From Myxococcota bacterium (GTDB lineage Bacteria; Myxococcota_A; UBA796), in assembly GCA_036156175.1 (NCBI GenBank), contig JAYZVA010000029.1, forward strand, positions 1 through 58,249: a stretch of DNA of 58,249 nucleotides. Reading direction: 5' to 3'. The position numbers and the translations under genes were made by a program. The notes below the pieces were generated by a model that worked only from the letters and a program-made list of their open reading frames with translations, had not been told where the DNA came from and searched no databases. This document shows positions 1 through 11,040 of this stretch, in pieces. Numbering within the stretch: position 1 is the first letter of the stretch; the number at the start of each line of letters is the position of its first letter.

Positions 1-207
1 CAAAACTCCTCGTGCAGATCATCTATTCCCGTTGTTCGACGGTTCCACGGAAAAAACGTTCGTTCTCGATCAAAAATTTCAGCGCGACACCGCGCGATTC
101 TGAACGGGCAGTTGACGAATTCGCCTCCCTGAAGGATGCTGTCTGTAGAAGCAGGGTGGGAATCACCGCGTTTGCATGCGCGTTGAGTTCTCAGGGAGCA
201 GCAGCAG

Positions 208-450
208 ATGGAAGTGCGTGCGTTGATTGAAGAGATCGTGAAGGCGTTGGTCGACAACCCCGACCAAGTCGAGTGTGTGGAAATTCAGGGCACCCAATCG
301 TGCGTGCTGGAACTGCACGTCGCACCGAGCGACGTGGGGAAGGTGATCGGCAAGCGCGGCGTTCACGCCGATGCCATCCGACGCCTGGTCCACGCAATCG
401 GTGGAAAGCGGAAGCGCCGCTACGTCCTCGAGATCATCGAAGACCAGTAG
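208..450 (+). CDS. khpA: KH-domain RNA-binding protein (KhpA/YlqC family)
   Basis: 80 aa; 'IVKALVDNPDQV...DVGKVIGKRG...AIR' is the KhpA signature with a GxxG loop; GGGAG upstream. Confidence 0.9.
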   Translation: MEVRALIEEIVKALVDNPDQVECVEIQGTQSCVLELHVAPSDVGKVIGKRGVHADAIRRLVHAIGGKRKRRYVLEIIEDQ

Positions 451-454
451 CCGG

Positions 455-2110
455 TCAACAGTTGAAGCCCGGAATCCGGACTCCGCGCTCGTTCGCCACC
501 GTCTGGGCGCGTTCGTAGCCCGCATCCACGTGGCGAAACACACCCATGGCGGGGTCACCGGTCAACACGCGCTCGAGGCGTGCCGCTGCTTCATCGGTGC
601 CGTCGGCAACAATGACCTGACCGGCATGCAGGCTGTAGCCCATGCCCACGCCACCGCCGTGATGAAAGCTCACCCAGCTCGCACCGTTCACAGCGTTCAA
701 CAGCGCATTCAAGATGGGCCAATCGCCCACGGCATCCGACCCGTCCAACATGCCTTCTGTCTCCCGGTTGGGGGACGCCACCGAGCCGCAATCGAGGTGA
801 TCCCGCCCGATCACAATCGGCGCACTCACCTTGCCCGACCGCACGAGTTCGTTGAAGGCAAGACCGGCCTTCGCGCGCTCGCCGTAGCCGAGCCAGCAAA
901 TTCGACTGGGCAACCCCTGGAAATGAACGCGCTCGCGCGCCATTGTCAGCCATCGGTGGAGCGCTCGGTCTTCGGGGAACATCTCCATGATCAACCGGTC
1001 GGTTTCGAAGATGTCCTCGGGGTCGCCCGACAACGCCACCCACCGAAACGGACCCTTGCCCTCGCAGAATAGCGGACGGATGTAGGCGGGCACGAAGCCC
1101 GGAAAGCGGAATGCGTCTTCCACACCACCGTCTTCGGCGCCGGCGCGCAGATTGTTGCCGTAATCGAAGGTGTGCGCACCGCGCTCCTGCAGTGCCAACA
1201 TGGCACGGACGTGGTCTGCCATGGTCGCTTGGCTGCGGACCACGTAGCCGTCCGGGTCGCTCGACCGCAGCGCGCAGGCTTCCGCCAACGACAGGCCGCG
1301 AGGCACGTAGCCGGTGAGTGGGTCGTGTGCGGACGTTTGGTCGGTGAGGAGATCGGGCACCACGTCCCGCGCGAGGAGGCGTTCGAGCCCATCCGCAGCG
1401 TTGGCCACCACACCAACTGACTTGCCGACACCCTGTGCTTTGTACCGAAGAACCCGATCAATGCCGTCATCAATGGAGTCCGCTATCTCGTCGAGGTACC
1501 GATGCTCCAACCGGCGTCGAACCCGCTCCGCGTCAACGTCGAACCCCAGAAATGTTCCGTTGTTCATGGTCGCGGCGAGCGGCTGAGCACCACCCATGCC
1601 GCCCAGGCCCCCGGTGACCACCAACCGACCCGTAAGGTCATCGCTTCCAAAATGCTGCCGACCCGCTTCGGCAAACGTTTCGTAGGTGCCCTGCAGGATG
1701 CCCTGAGTGCCGATGTAAATCCATGACCCGGCCGTCATCTGGCCGTACATCATGAGGCCCTTTTGCTCCAACTCCCGGAAGTGATCCCACGTGGCCCACT
1801 GGCCCACCAAGTTTGAGTTGGCGATCAACACCCGGGGGGCATCCGCATGGGTGCGGACAATGCCCACCGGCTTGCCAGACTGCACCAGCAAGGTCTCGTC
1901 GTCTTCCAACTCCGTCAAGCTGCGGCAGATGGCGTCGAACGCGTCCCACGTTCGGGCGGCGCGCCCCGTACCGCCGTAGACCACCAAGTCGGCCGGATTC
2001 TCCGCAACCTCGGGGTCGAGGTTGTTGCAGAGCATGCGGAGTGCGGCCTCCTGGACCCATCCCTTGCACGTGAGCGTGTTGCCTCGAGAAGCGCGGATCG
2101 TACGGGCCAT
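455..2110 (-). CDS. hutU: Urocanate hydratase
   Basis: Motifs 'NNLDPEVAE', '[25 protein letters not shown]', '[18 protein letters not shown]'; start moved to ATG 2110 (MARTIRAS) behind AGGAG. Confidence 0.97.
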   Translation of the reverse strand: MARTIRASRGNTLTCKGWVQEAALRMLCNNLDPEVAENPADLVVYGGTGRAARTWDAFDAICRSLTELEDDETLLVQSGKPVGIVRTHADAPRVLIANSNLVGQWATWDHFRELEQKGLMMYGQMTAGSWIYIGTQGILQGTYETFAEAGRQHFGSDDLTGRLVVTGGLGGMGGAQPLAATMNNGTFLGFDVDAERVRRRLEHRYLDEIADSIDDGIDRVLRYKAQGVGKSVGVVANAADGLERLLARDVVPDLLTDQTSAHDPLTGYVPRGLSLAEACALRSSDPDGYVVRSQATMADHVRAMLALQERGAHTFDYGNNLRAGAEDGGVEDAFRFPGFVPAYIRPLFCEGKGPFRWVALSGDPEDIFETDRLIMEMFPEDRALHRWLTMARERVHFQGLPSRICWLGYGERAKAGLAFNELVRSGKVSAPIVIGRDHLDCGSVASPNRETEGMLDGSDAVGDWPILNALLNAVNGASWVSFHHGGGVGMGYSLHAGQVIVADGTDEAAARLERVLTGDPAMGVFRHVDAGYERAQTVANERGVRIPGFNC

Positions 2111-2137
2111 GGCGGCTCCTATGGTGTGCCGCAAGTC

Positions 2138-2317
2138 CTACGCGTCAGCGTCGTCCTCATCGGCTTTGTGAAGAATCATCTGGGTTTCGGTTTCTTCCGC
2201 TTCATCCGCGCAGTCTTCGAGTGACTCCAGGTATTTCCGGTACTCGTCTTCCGAGACCTTGCCCGCTTGGATGTTGCGTTGGACGGTGCGGACGTCCATC
2301 AATGCATCGTTGCTCAT
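2138..2317 (-). CDS. Small acidic hypothetical protein (59 aa), absent from ORF track
   Basis: Hand translation MSNDALMDVRTVQRNIQAGKVSEDEYRKYLESLEDCADEAEETETQMILHKADEDDADA*; starts 8 nt after rpoZ stop with AGGTG upstream and fills the gap to hutU. Confidence 0.75.
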   Translation of the reverse strand: MSNDALMDVRTVQRNIQAGKVSEDEYRKYLESLEDCADEAEETETQMILHKADEDDADA

Positions 2318-2325
2318 GTCGACAC

Positions 2326-2712
2326 CTATGCTTCGACGGCGAGTTCGCCGTCAGCCGGAGGGGGTGGGAGGAGGTCGTCGTCTGCGGGCGGTGGAAGGTC
2401 GCCATCGGCCGCAGGCGGAAGGTCATCGTCGGCTGCGGGCGGCAGGGCGTCGTCCATGGCCGGCGGCAGGTCGGCCGTCGCGGGCGCCATGGACTGAATG
2501 GCTTCGTTCTCGTCGAAGTCGGTCATGTCGGCCTGGACCACATTGGCGGCGATCTCCCGCAGCGCGGTCACCACTTCCTTGTTGGTGCGGTCGTCTTCAA
2601 TGAGGCAGTCTTCGCCCTTCAACAGCTGCTTGGTGCGTTCCGCAGCAACCAAAATGAGCGAGAACCGATTGGGAATGTTTTCGAGACAGTCTTCGACCGT
2701 GATGCGGGCCAT
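2326..2712 (-). CDS. rpoZ: RNA polymerase omega subunit with Asp/Pro-rich C-terminal extension
   Basis: '[30 protein letters not shown]...[12 protein letters not shown]'; GGAGGAG RBS before ATG 2712. Confidence 0.95.
   Translation of the reverse strand: MARITVEDCLENIPNRFSLILVAAERTKQLLKGEDCLIEDDRTNKEVVTALREIAANVVQADMTDFDENEAIQSMAPATADLPPAMDDALPPAADDDLPPAADGDLPPPADDDLLPPPPADGELAVEA
2341..2475 (-). repeat. Imperfect ~24-nt tandem repeat encoding (D/A)LPP(A/P)xDx about five times in the RpoZ tail
   Basis: Protein reads [42 protein letters not shown]. Confidence 0.8.
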
Positions 2713-2814
2713 GGGTCTCCTCCGAGCGGCGCCGTCGCGCCATGAGAGTGAACACCCGCGGCTATCGGGTCTGGATGGTCGCGTCAAGGCCGAAACCGTT
2801 GCAAGGATCGGCTG

Positions 2815-3432
2815 TCAGGCGGCCAATCTTCGCATCCGTTCCAACCGCCGCGCGCCCGAGTCACGCCAGAATCGCCGGAGCACCTCCAGCAGCGCATCGA
2901 CGTGGGGCGCTTCATCGAGCGAGGAACAAAACCCCGCAGCGAGTCGCGCTGCTTCCTGGTACCGCGCAGTCTCGCGACCATCCAAGCCTTCGAGCAACCG
3001 GGCGGATCGAAACAGGCGGGTCCACAGTTCACCGCTCCGCATCGGGTGGTGGAGTCGGGCGGAAACAAACTTGTCGACTTCCGCCTGCGCTTCCAGCTCC
3101 AGCAGGGTGACCGGTTCTCCCCGGCGGGCCCGCTCCACCAGCATCAAAAAGTGCGACACCCCCTCGGTGGCCGCGCAAAACGCGTCAAACTCGCTGCGGG
3201 CGGCCTCTGCCAAAGACCCCGCACACTCAAGGCGTCGAAGGTGCGCGGCGTCGACATAGACGGCCAAGTCCACCCCGTCTGCGGACGCGCGCGCCAAAAC
3301 CCACTCGCTGGAATCGCGGAGCGCGTCGCCGACAATTGCCCGCAACTGATCGCGATCCACGAGGAACTGGCGAATGTCCGGGGATTGAATTCGATAGATT
3401 GCTTCCAGGTGACTCTGAATCGCGCTCAGCAT
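2815..3432 (-). CDS. Hypothetical protein (EGVSHF / LELExQAEVDKF motifs)
   Basis: 205 aa ORF overlapping the upstream gene's stop; conserved-looking motif block; function unknown. Confidence 0.75.
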   Translation of the reverse strand: MLSAIQSHLEAIYRIQSPDIRQFLVDRDQLRAIVGDALRDSSEWVLARASADGVDLAVYVDAAHLRRLECAGSLAEAARSEFDAFCAATEGVSHFLMLVERARRGEPVTLLELEAQAEVDKFVSARLHHPMRSGELWTRLFRSARLLEGLDGRETARYQEAARLAAGFCSSLDEAPHVDALLEVLRRFWRDSGARRLERMRRLAA

Positions 3433-4019
3433 CCGGTGTCATCCGCCGGCTGCATGGGGATCACCCCCAGTTCCGAGAGCTGCTGGGCCACGACGGGGTC
3501 GGGGTTGGCGACCCACTGCTCGTACAGCCGCACGATGTCGGCATTGGAATGCGCGCGAATCCGGTCCCGCACCCGCTGCAGGACCCCCGCGCAGTAATCG
3601 AACTGTTCGGCCAGCTCTTCGTAGATCGTCTCAAAGCCGCCCCCCGCCCCCGTCCACCGCATGAGGCACGCCAGTTGGTCGTAGGCTGCGGCCCCCATCG
3701 ACAGGTAGTAGTCTGGCGAAATGTTTTGGCGCGCAAGGCTCGCTCGGAAAAACCCCGACACGTACAACGCCCGGTCACCCATCTCTCGCCAAGCTTGGAC
3801 GGCGGCTGCCCCGCCCCGCTCTTGGGCCATGATTTGGAGCTCAACCATTGTCTCGGGCTGCGGATGTTCGGGAGAACGCCCGCGCTCCACAAGCAGGTTT
3901 GTCAGGTAGTACACACCGTCGTCGGACACGGTCGTGCCTGTGTCCGACACGGCGTGACCAACTGCTTCGTGGAAGAAGTCGAACAGGTTCTCTTCTTGGC
4001 TTAGCAACTGGTTTGTCAT
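3426..4019 (-). CDS. Hypothetical helical protein (GDxALYxSGFF...DYYxxMGxxAY)
   Basis: Start moved to ATG 4019 (MTNQLL) behind AGGAGA; divergent from groES. Confidence 0.8.
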   Translation of the reverse strand: MTNQLLSQEENLFDFFHEAVGHAVSDTGTTVSDDGVYYLTNLLVERGRSPEHPQPETMVELQIMAQERGGAAAVQAWREMGDRALYVSGFFRASLARQNISPDYYLSMGAAAYDQLACLMRWTGAGGGFETIYEELAEQFDYCAGVLQRVRDRIRAHSNADIVRLYEQWVANPDPVVAQQLSELGVIPMQPADDTGC

Positions 4020-4119
4020 TCGTTCTCCTGCGATTGTACCCCGAGAAACGGCCTCCATGAGGGATTGCTTCATCTTGAAAGCCCCCAAGTCTCCTTCGGA
4101 TCCGAGCCCCGGGACTTGA

Positions 4120-4147
4120 CTTGACTGTCCACGCAACGACGATACAT
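4120..4147 (+). promoter_or_regulatory. Candidate groESL promoter (CTTG-N17-GATACAT, RpoH/sigma70-like)
   Basis: CTTGACT at 4120 and GATACAT at 4141-4147, about 130 nt upstream of groES; match by eye only. Confidence 0.35.
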
Positions 4148-4156
4148 CCCGAGTCG

Positions 4157-4276
4157 TTCACACCAGGGCGCCGCTTCTGCGGCGTCCGTGAAACTTTGTC
4201 CGTCGGGGGGCGGAATCGCCGCCTCCTGATGCACTCGAAAGCATCACCAAGAGCTCATTCAAGAGGTATAGACACC
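4157..4276 (+). promoter_or_regulatory. Structured groES 5' leader (three consecutive hairpins)
   Basis: GGGCGCCGC-TTCT-GCGGCGTCC (4166-4187), GGGGGCGG-AATCG-CCGCCTCC (4206-4226), TGATGC-ACTCGAAA-GCATCA (4227-4246). Confidence 0.5.
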
Positions 4277-4564
4277 ATGATTCGACCCCTGTTCGACCGC
4301 GTACTCATCGAGCGCACCGAAGAGCCCTCGCAGACCGCGAGCGGCCTGTTCCTCCCCGAAACCGCCAAAGAAAAACCCGCTGAGGGCGTGGTGATCGCAA
4401 TTGGCAACGGCCGGGTAAGCGACAAGGGTGAGGTCAAGCCGTTGACCGTGAAGGTGGGCGACAAAGTGCTGTTCGGAAAGTACGCCGGAACCGAGATCAA
4501 GGTGTCCGGAGAAGACCGCTTGATCCTTCGCGAAGACGACATCCTCGGCATCATCGAAGACTGA
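4277..4564 (+). CDS. groES: Co-chaperonin GroES
   Basis: '[13 protein letters not shown]...[15 protein letters not shown]...[15 protein letters not shown]'; GAGGT RBS; start moved to 4277. Confidence 0.98.
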   Translation: MIRPLFDRVLIERTEEPSQTASGLFLPETAKEKPAEGVVIAIGNGRVSDKGEVKPLTVKVGDKVLFGKYAGTEIKVSGEDRLILREDDILGIIED

Positions 4565-4591
4565 TCGAACCATCCGCGGGAGCGGCGATGA

Positions 4592-6223
<1,632 letters not shown>

Positions 6224-6240
6224 GCCGTTGGTTCACCGTG

Positions 6241-6282
6241 AAACCAAGCAGCCCCCGTCGTTCGACGGGGGCTGCGTTGTTT
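6241..6282. terminator. Probable bidirectional intrinsic terminator between groEL and the J-protein gene
   Basis: Perfect inverted repeat GCAGCCCCCGTCG-TT-CGACGGGGGCTGC (6248-6275) flanked by AAACCAA and GTTGTTT. Confidence 0.85.
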
Positions 6283-6295
6283 GGCGGGTCTCAGC

Positions 6296-6868
6296 TCAGA
6301 CGATGCGGAGCTTGTAGGGGTTCTTCGTGGCCGCCGACTGTTTGGTGGAGGCCACCTTGGCCTTGTCGAGCCACTCCTTCATCACCTCATTGTCCGGCTC
6401 AAATGACAACGCGAACTGGATGTTCATGACGCATCCCTTGAAGTTTTTGTCTTCCCAATCTTTCAGCGCCATGTGCCAATACTTCTCGGATCGCGGATCG
6501 GATGCGGCGTGCTCCGGGTTTTCCGCCTTGAGACGCTCTTGCTCCGCGATGGCGAGCGCTTCATCGGTCATGCGGAGAATTCCCGCTTTCACGATCTCGT
6601 CGTACTGGGCCCGCTTGTCCGGGTCGCCCAGACTCTCCCCGGCTTCTTTCATCCGTTGGAAGATCTCGTTGGCCTTGGTCGATACATCCGCATCCCCGAG
6701 TGCGCTCACGCGATCGGGGTGATGCTGGCGCGAGGCCGCGCGGGCAGCCGGCTCGATTTCTCCCTGCACGCAGTCCGGGTCCAACTGGAGCAGACGGTAA
6801 TAATCGAGCTCGTCCAAGAGCTCGTGTAGCGTGTCGATTTCTATGCGCAGTTGAACCTTGGGATCCAT
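6296..6868 (-). CDS. J-domain protein with C-terminal TPR-like hairpin
   Basis: 'DYYRLLQL...HHPDR...F..M.EA...L.DP.KRAQYD' J domain with HPD; 'YWHMALKDWEDKNFKGCVMNIQFALSFEPDN' TPR-like. Confidence 0.9.
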   Translation of the reverse strand: MDPKVQLRIEIDTLHELLDELDYYRLLQLDPDCVQGEIEPAARAASRQHHPDRVSALGDADVSTKANEIFQRMKEAGESLGDPDKRAQYDEIVKAGILRMTDEALAIAEQERLKAENPEHAASDPRSEKYWHMALKDWEDKNFKGCVMNIQFALSFEPDNEVMKEWLDKAKVASTKQSAATKNPYKLRIV

Positions 6869-6902
6869 TCAACCTCCAACCCCCACAGTGTACCTCGAAA
6901 GA

Positions 6903-8609
6903 CTACTCGATGATGTCATCGTCTTCGAGCAAGACATCGTCGGTGTCCGCCCGCTCGATCGAATCATCGCCCAGATCGATGTCGTCGTCCTGCGATGGCC
7001 CCATCAGCGTGGCGGACGATTCCATGGCCTCACTGCCCCCCGCATCGGGGGATCGCGCGGATTCAAAGCGGAGCGACTCGACTTCACCGCGGGTGAGATT
7101 CGACGAAGATTCCACACGCATCTCTTTGGTCGATCCGGTTCCGGAAGCCGTCGCCACCACGTTGACAAGGCCGTCTGCATCGATCTGGAAGGCGACCTTG
7201 ACCTTGGCGTACCCGCGGGGCCCTTCGGGCAACCCGTCCAATACGAATTCACCGAGCAAGGCATTCGAGCCCGCGCTCCGGGAATCGCCCTGGTACACCC
7301 GGATGCGCACCTCTGTTTGGTTGTCCCGGCTGGTGTGAAAAATTTTGCTCTCCATGGTGGGAATGGGGGTGTTTCGCCGAATGATGGGCTCGACGAAGTC
7401 CCCGATGGTTCGCACACCGAGCGTCTGGGGGGTCACGTCCAGCAACACCGTGGACGGCTCGCTCGAGACGCGCGTGAGTTGCGCGGCTTGAATGGCGGCG
7501 CCGATGGCAACGACCTCATCGGGATTGATGCTGTCGATGGGGTCTTCGCCGAAGTATTGCGCGACGGCCTCCTTGATGATTGGAAAACGGGTCATGCCGC
7601 CCACCAACACGATGCCGTCCACTTGCGCGGCCGACAGACCCGCCTGCGCGAGGGCGTTGTCGCACACCACAAACGACCGCTGAATCAAGGGCATGCAGAC
7701 ATTGCGGGCGAGGGTCCGGCTCAGCATCGCATCCACATCGAGGGGGTTTCCCGACGCATCGAGCGCCAAGCCTTCGAGGCGAATGCTGGCCTGGTGTTGA
7801 ACCGACAGGGCACGCTTCAGCTGCTCTGCAGCCTCATTCAATCGAACATTGGTCCCGTGGTCGCGCGGGATCGTTCCCCGTCCGTCGGACTCGTAGGCAT
7901 TGCGGATGTGCTCTGCGAGCGCCTGATCGAAGTCATCGCCACCCAAGAAGGTGTCTCCGGCCGTCGCAATCACCTCAATCAAGTCGTCCCCCATGTGCAG
8001 GACGGACACATCAAAGGTCCCGCCGCCGAGGTCATAGACCACGATGCGCTGACTCTTCCGCTGCTCGTAGCCGTAGGCCATCGAGGCGGCGGTGGGTTCG
8101 TTGATGATGCGCAGGCACTGCAGGTTGGCGATCTCTGCAGCGTCGCGGGTCGCTTGGCGTTGCTGGTCGTTGAAATAAGCGGGGACGGTGATGACTGCGG
8201 AGTCCACCGTATCGTTGGTGGCCTCTTCCGCGATCTTGACCATGTGGACCAGGACATGGGCGGCGATTTCCTGCGCCGTGTAGGCCTCGCCGAGGACCCG
8301 GATCCGGGCATCGCCGGCATCGCCGCCAAACACGGTCCAGCCCACCTGGCTGCGAAGGCGCTGCGTTTCGGAGTCGTTGAAGCGTCGACCAATGAGACGC
8401 TTGGCGCTGGCCACCGTGGTCTGAGGGGCCAGCGTCAGCCGTTCTTTGGCCTCCTGACCGACGACCGGACGGGCGGCATCCTCGAGCGCAACCACGGAAG
8501 GTTGGAGGCTTTGGCCGTGGGCGTCGGTCAACACCCGCGGCCCATCGTCGTCCAGAATTGCAACCACCGAGTTGGAAGTCCCCAAGTCGATGCCGACTGA
8601 AATGCCCAT
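6903..8609 (-). CDS. Hsp70/DnaK-family paralogue lacking the helical lid
   Basis: 'GIDLGTSNS', '[10 protein letters not shown]', 'NEPTAA', '[11 protein letters not shown]', linker 'VLLDVTP', SBD-beta, then a short acidic tail; TGATG overlap with suhB. Confidence 0.93.
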   Translation of the reverse strand: MGISVGIDLGTSNSVVAILDDDGPRVLTDAHGQSLQPSVVALEDAARPVVGQEAKERLTLAPQTTVASAKRLIGRRFNDSETQRLRSQVGWTVFGGDAGDARIRVLGEAYTAQEIAAHVLVHMVKIAEEATNDTVDSAVITVPAYFNDQQRQATRDAAEIANLQCLRIINEPTAASMAYGYEQRKSQRIVVYDLGGGTFDVSVLHMGDDLIEVIATAGDTFLGGDDFDQALAEHIRNAYESDGRGTIPRDHGTNVRLNEAAEQLKRALSVQHQASIRLEGLALDASGNPLDVDAMLSRTLARNVCMPLIQRSFVVCDNALAQAGLSAAQVDGIVLVGGMTRFPIIKEAVAQYFGEDPIDSINPDEVVAIGAAIQAAQLTRVSSEPSTVLLDVTPQTLGVRTIGDFVEPIIRRNTPIPTMESKIFHTSRDNQTEVRIRVYQGDSRSAGSNALLGEFVLDGLPEGPRGYAKVKVAFQIDADGLVNVVATASGTGSTKEMRVESSSNLTRGEVESLRFESARSPDAGGSEAMESSATLMGPSQDDDIDLGDDSIERADTDDVLLEDDDIIE

Positions 8610-9400
8610 CAAATCTCCCGCGAGTGCGACCGCAGCAGAGCCATCAATGCCTCGGTCATCTCCGTATGTAGTGCGCCATTCGTCGCGAGCAACCGCGGCG
8701 CGTCAAGATCGATCTCCGTTCCATCCATGTCGCTCACCCGACCGCCGGCTTCCTGAACCAACAAGATCCCTGCAGCCACATCCCAAGGACTGAGGCCAAA
8801 CTCCCAGTATGCATCGACCGCCCCAGTGGCGAGGGCAACAAAATCCATCGCGGCCGCGCCGGCGCGCCGCAGGCCGCGGCTTCGAACCAAGAACTCACGT
8901 ACAAACGAGAGGTACCAGTCCACCCGTTCGCGGCGGTCATAGGGAAATCCCGTCACCAGAAGGGCTTCCTCCAGGGTGGGCGTCACCGACACCGCCAGAC
9001 GCTGGTCGCCGCACCACGCACCGCCGCCCCGACGAGCCGTGTACACGCTCCCCGTGACCGCATCCAAGATGCACCCCACTTCGAGGCGCCCGTCCACTTG
9101 AAGCGCGATGCTCACCGCATACGACGGATATCCGTGAACAAAGTTGGTGGTGCCGTCCAGCGGGTCGACAATCCACCGCGTGCTCGCACCGCTCGCACCG
9201 CCGCCTTCCTCGGCGAGCACCGGAATCGCGGGCGTGTGCCGAGAGACCACATCGACGATGGCCTGTTCCGCCGCCAAGTCGACCTGCGTGACCAAGTTGA
9301 TGGCGCCTTTGTGCTGGATCTGCCGGATGTCTTCTCGGGCATCTCGAATGATGCAACCGGCCGCTCTCGCCGCCGTCACGGCCACGTCAAGCGCGTCCAT
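8609..9400 (-). CDS. suhB: Inositol monophosphatase family protein
   Basis: 'AEE...[15 protein letters not shown]' and '[16 protein letters not shown]'; start moved to ATG 9400 (TGATG overlap). Confidence 0.92.
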   Translation of the reverse strand: MDALDVAVTAARAAGCIIRDAREDIRQIQHKGAINLVTQVDLAAEQAIVDVVSRHTPAIPVLAEEGGGASGASTRWIVDPLDGTTNFVHGYPSYAVSIALQVDGRLEVGCILDAVTGSVYTARRGGGAWCGDQRLAVSVTPTLEEALLVTGFPYDRRERVDWYLSFVREFLVRSRGLRRAGAAAMDFVALATGAVDAYWEFGLSPWDVAAGILLVQEAGGRVSDMDGTEIDLDAPRLLATNGALHTEMTEALMALLRSHSREI

Positions 9401-11040
9401 CACGGACCCGTGCAGGTGACGGTGTCGGCGGTGGCGGTGCAGGTCACCGTCCCACCGGTTGAGACTTGAACCGCACCCTTCGCGTCGCCAATGTCCACCC
9501 GACAGGTGGTGGGCACCGTGAATGTGCGCCGAATCATGCCGGCAAACTGGCCCTGTTGGCCGTCGCCGCATCGAAGGGTGGCACTCGCCCCCGCGGTTCG
9601 AAAGGCCACCTCGAATTCGCCGGTTACCGAAGCGGGAATTTCAGAATCGCTTGCCGGTGCCCGACGGCGTTTTGCGCGCTTCACCCGCGGGGTCTTCGCC
9701 GGTGTGGGTGCCGCCCGCTCCGAGCGAACGGGCGTTCTTTCTTCGGCCTTCGGTGCATCCGACTGGTCTGCCGGCGCCGCGGCGGATTCGACCGCCGGTG
9801 GCGGCCCGTCGCGCCGATCTTGCAAGTACCAGTACGCCACTCCAGCCACGGCAAACAATCCCAGAACCGTGCCCATGCCCACCACCCCGATGACCACGGG
9901 GACCCATGGAAAGGGGGTCTGACCCGGTTCCCGCTGAGGCGCCGGCGAGACCCGCGAAGCGCGCACCGGTGGCGGCACGGGGGAGGTCGGCTCGGCGGAC
10001 GGTGGCGCGAGCGGCCCTGGGGGTTGTGGGGGAAGGGTCACCGGTTCCCGAGCCCCGCCGGCCTTCAGTTCGGCGATGGCGGCGTTGAGCTGGGGCGATG
10101 CATTCTTGCCGGTCAGGGTCGCATCGGGCGCCCACGGTGCCTCCTCGGGGTACGGCGTGGACGGCGAAGGTTGCGGAGGCTTCCGGGGCGCGCCGGAGTG
10201 ATTCAGTCGCCCGGCGAGGTCGCGGCGATCAAACATCGCGGATGCCGACAGCTGATCTTCGCCGTCGTCCAGCATCGCCGCGATTTTGTCGCGACTCCAG
10301 AATGCCGTGCATTCGCCTTTGGAGCTGGCCGTCTGGCGGCGGCTGTACTGCCCCGTCCTGGTGAACACTTTTCCCATCTGCTCGGGCTCGGCGAGGACCT
10401 CATCGATGGCGGGCACATCGGTCGACGCGGGCGCGGCGGCGATCGACGACTGGGCCCATTCGACCAATGAGGGGGACCCCATTTTTGCGGCCACGCCGGA
10501 CACGATGTTGGCCACGTCCAGCGGGGCAGGTCGCTCGGCTGGACTGTGCGCGAGCATCGAGCACAGAAAGTGAATCACGGGGTCCCGGCCCGGAATTCCT
10601 TCCATCTCCGTCCAATCAATCGCCAACAACCTGTCGACGATCGCGTCGTCGTGGGCGTCGCGTTCCCGGGGAATGGCCCCCATGGGAGTCGAGCTGAGCA
10701 TGGCATGGAGCACAATCCCAAGGCCGTACACATCCGACGCGGGAAGCTGAAGCGGCGAGTCGGGAGCGCGACCGGTCCGTCGCGCCAATCCGAAACCGCT
10801 CAGGCTGACCGAACCATGAAAATCGATGCACACATCGCCGGGCTTGATGTCGCCGTGAAGCGCATTGTCGTCCTCGGCAATGGTGAGGATGTCGGCCAAG
10901 AAGGCCACCACCTCCAGGCAAACGGCCATGGGGACTGGGCCGCGCTCCAGCAGGGCGGAGACCGTCAGACCGGGGGGTGTGCCCTCATCGGTCAGCACCT
11001 GGCCTTCGGCTCCTGCTTCGCGGGTGTAGTACCAACTCAA
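9400..11040 (-). CDS. Membrane-anchored Ser/Thr kinase-like protein, probable pseudokinase
   Basis: 'LHGDIKPGDV', 'SGFGLAR', 'SDVYGLGIVLHAML', 'AERP'; no N-lobe motifs; Pro-rich linker, one TM, small Cys-containing C-terminal domain. Confidence 0.75.
   Translation of the reverse strand: MSWYYTREAGAEGQVLTDEGTPPGLTVSALLERGPVPMAVCLEVVAFLADILTIAEDDNALHGDIKPGDVCIDFHGSVSLSGFGLARRTGRAPDSPLQLPASDVYGLGIVLHAMLSSTPMGAIPRERDAHDDAIVDRLLAIDWTEMEGIPGRDPVIHFLCSMLAHSPAERPAPLDVANIVSGVAAKMGSPSLVEWAQSSIAAAPASTDVPAIDEVLAEPEQMGKVFTRTGQYSRRQTASSKGECTAFWSRDKIAAMLDDGEDQLSASAMFDRRDLAGRLNHSGAPRKPPQPSPSTPYPEEAPWAPDATLTGKNASPQLNAAIAELKAGGAREPVTLPPQPPGPLAPPSAEPTSPVPPPVRASRVSPAPQREPGQTPFPWVPVVIGVVGMGTVLGLFAVAGVAYWYLQDRRDGPPPAVESAAAPADQSDAPKAEERTPVRSERAAPTPAKTPRVKRAKRRRAPASDSEIPASVTGEFEVAFRTAGASATLRCGDGQQGQFAGMIRRTFTVPTTCRVDIGDAKGAVQVSTGGTVTCTATADTVTCTGP

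Noticed and set aside
455-2110. hutU near hisS as a histidine regulatory cluster
   Set aside because: About 10 kb apart in separate operons; no hutH/I/G adjacent; likely coincidence.
2341-2475. Short repeats as a CRISPR array
   Set aside because: Degenerate in-frame coding repeats without spacers; no cas genes.
4229-4256. Possible CIRCE element (GCACTC half-site) before groES
   Set aside because: No GAGTGC second arm at 9-nt spacing; the sequence is better explained as a hairpin loop.
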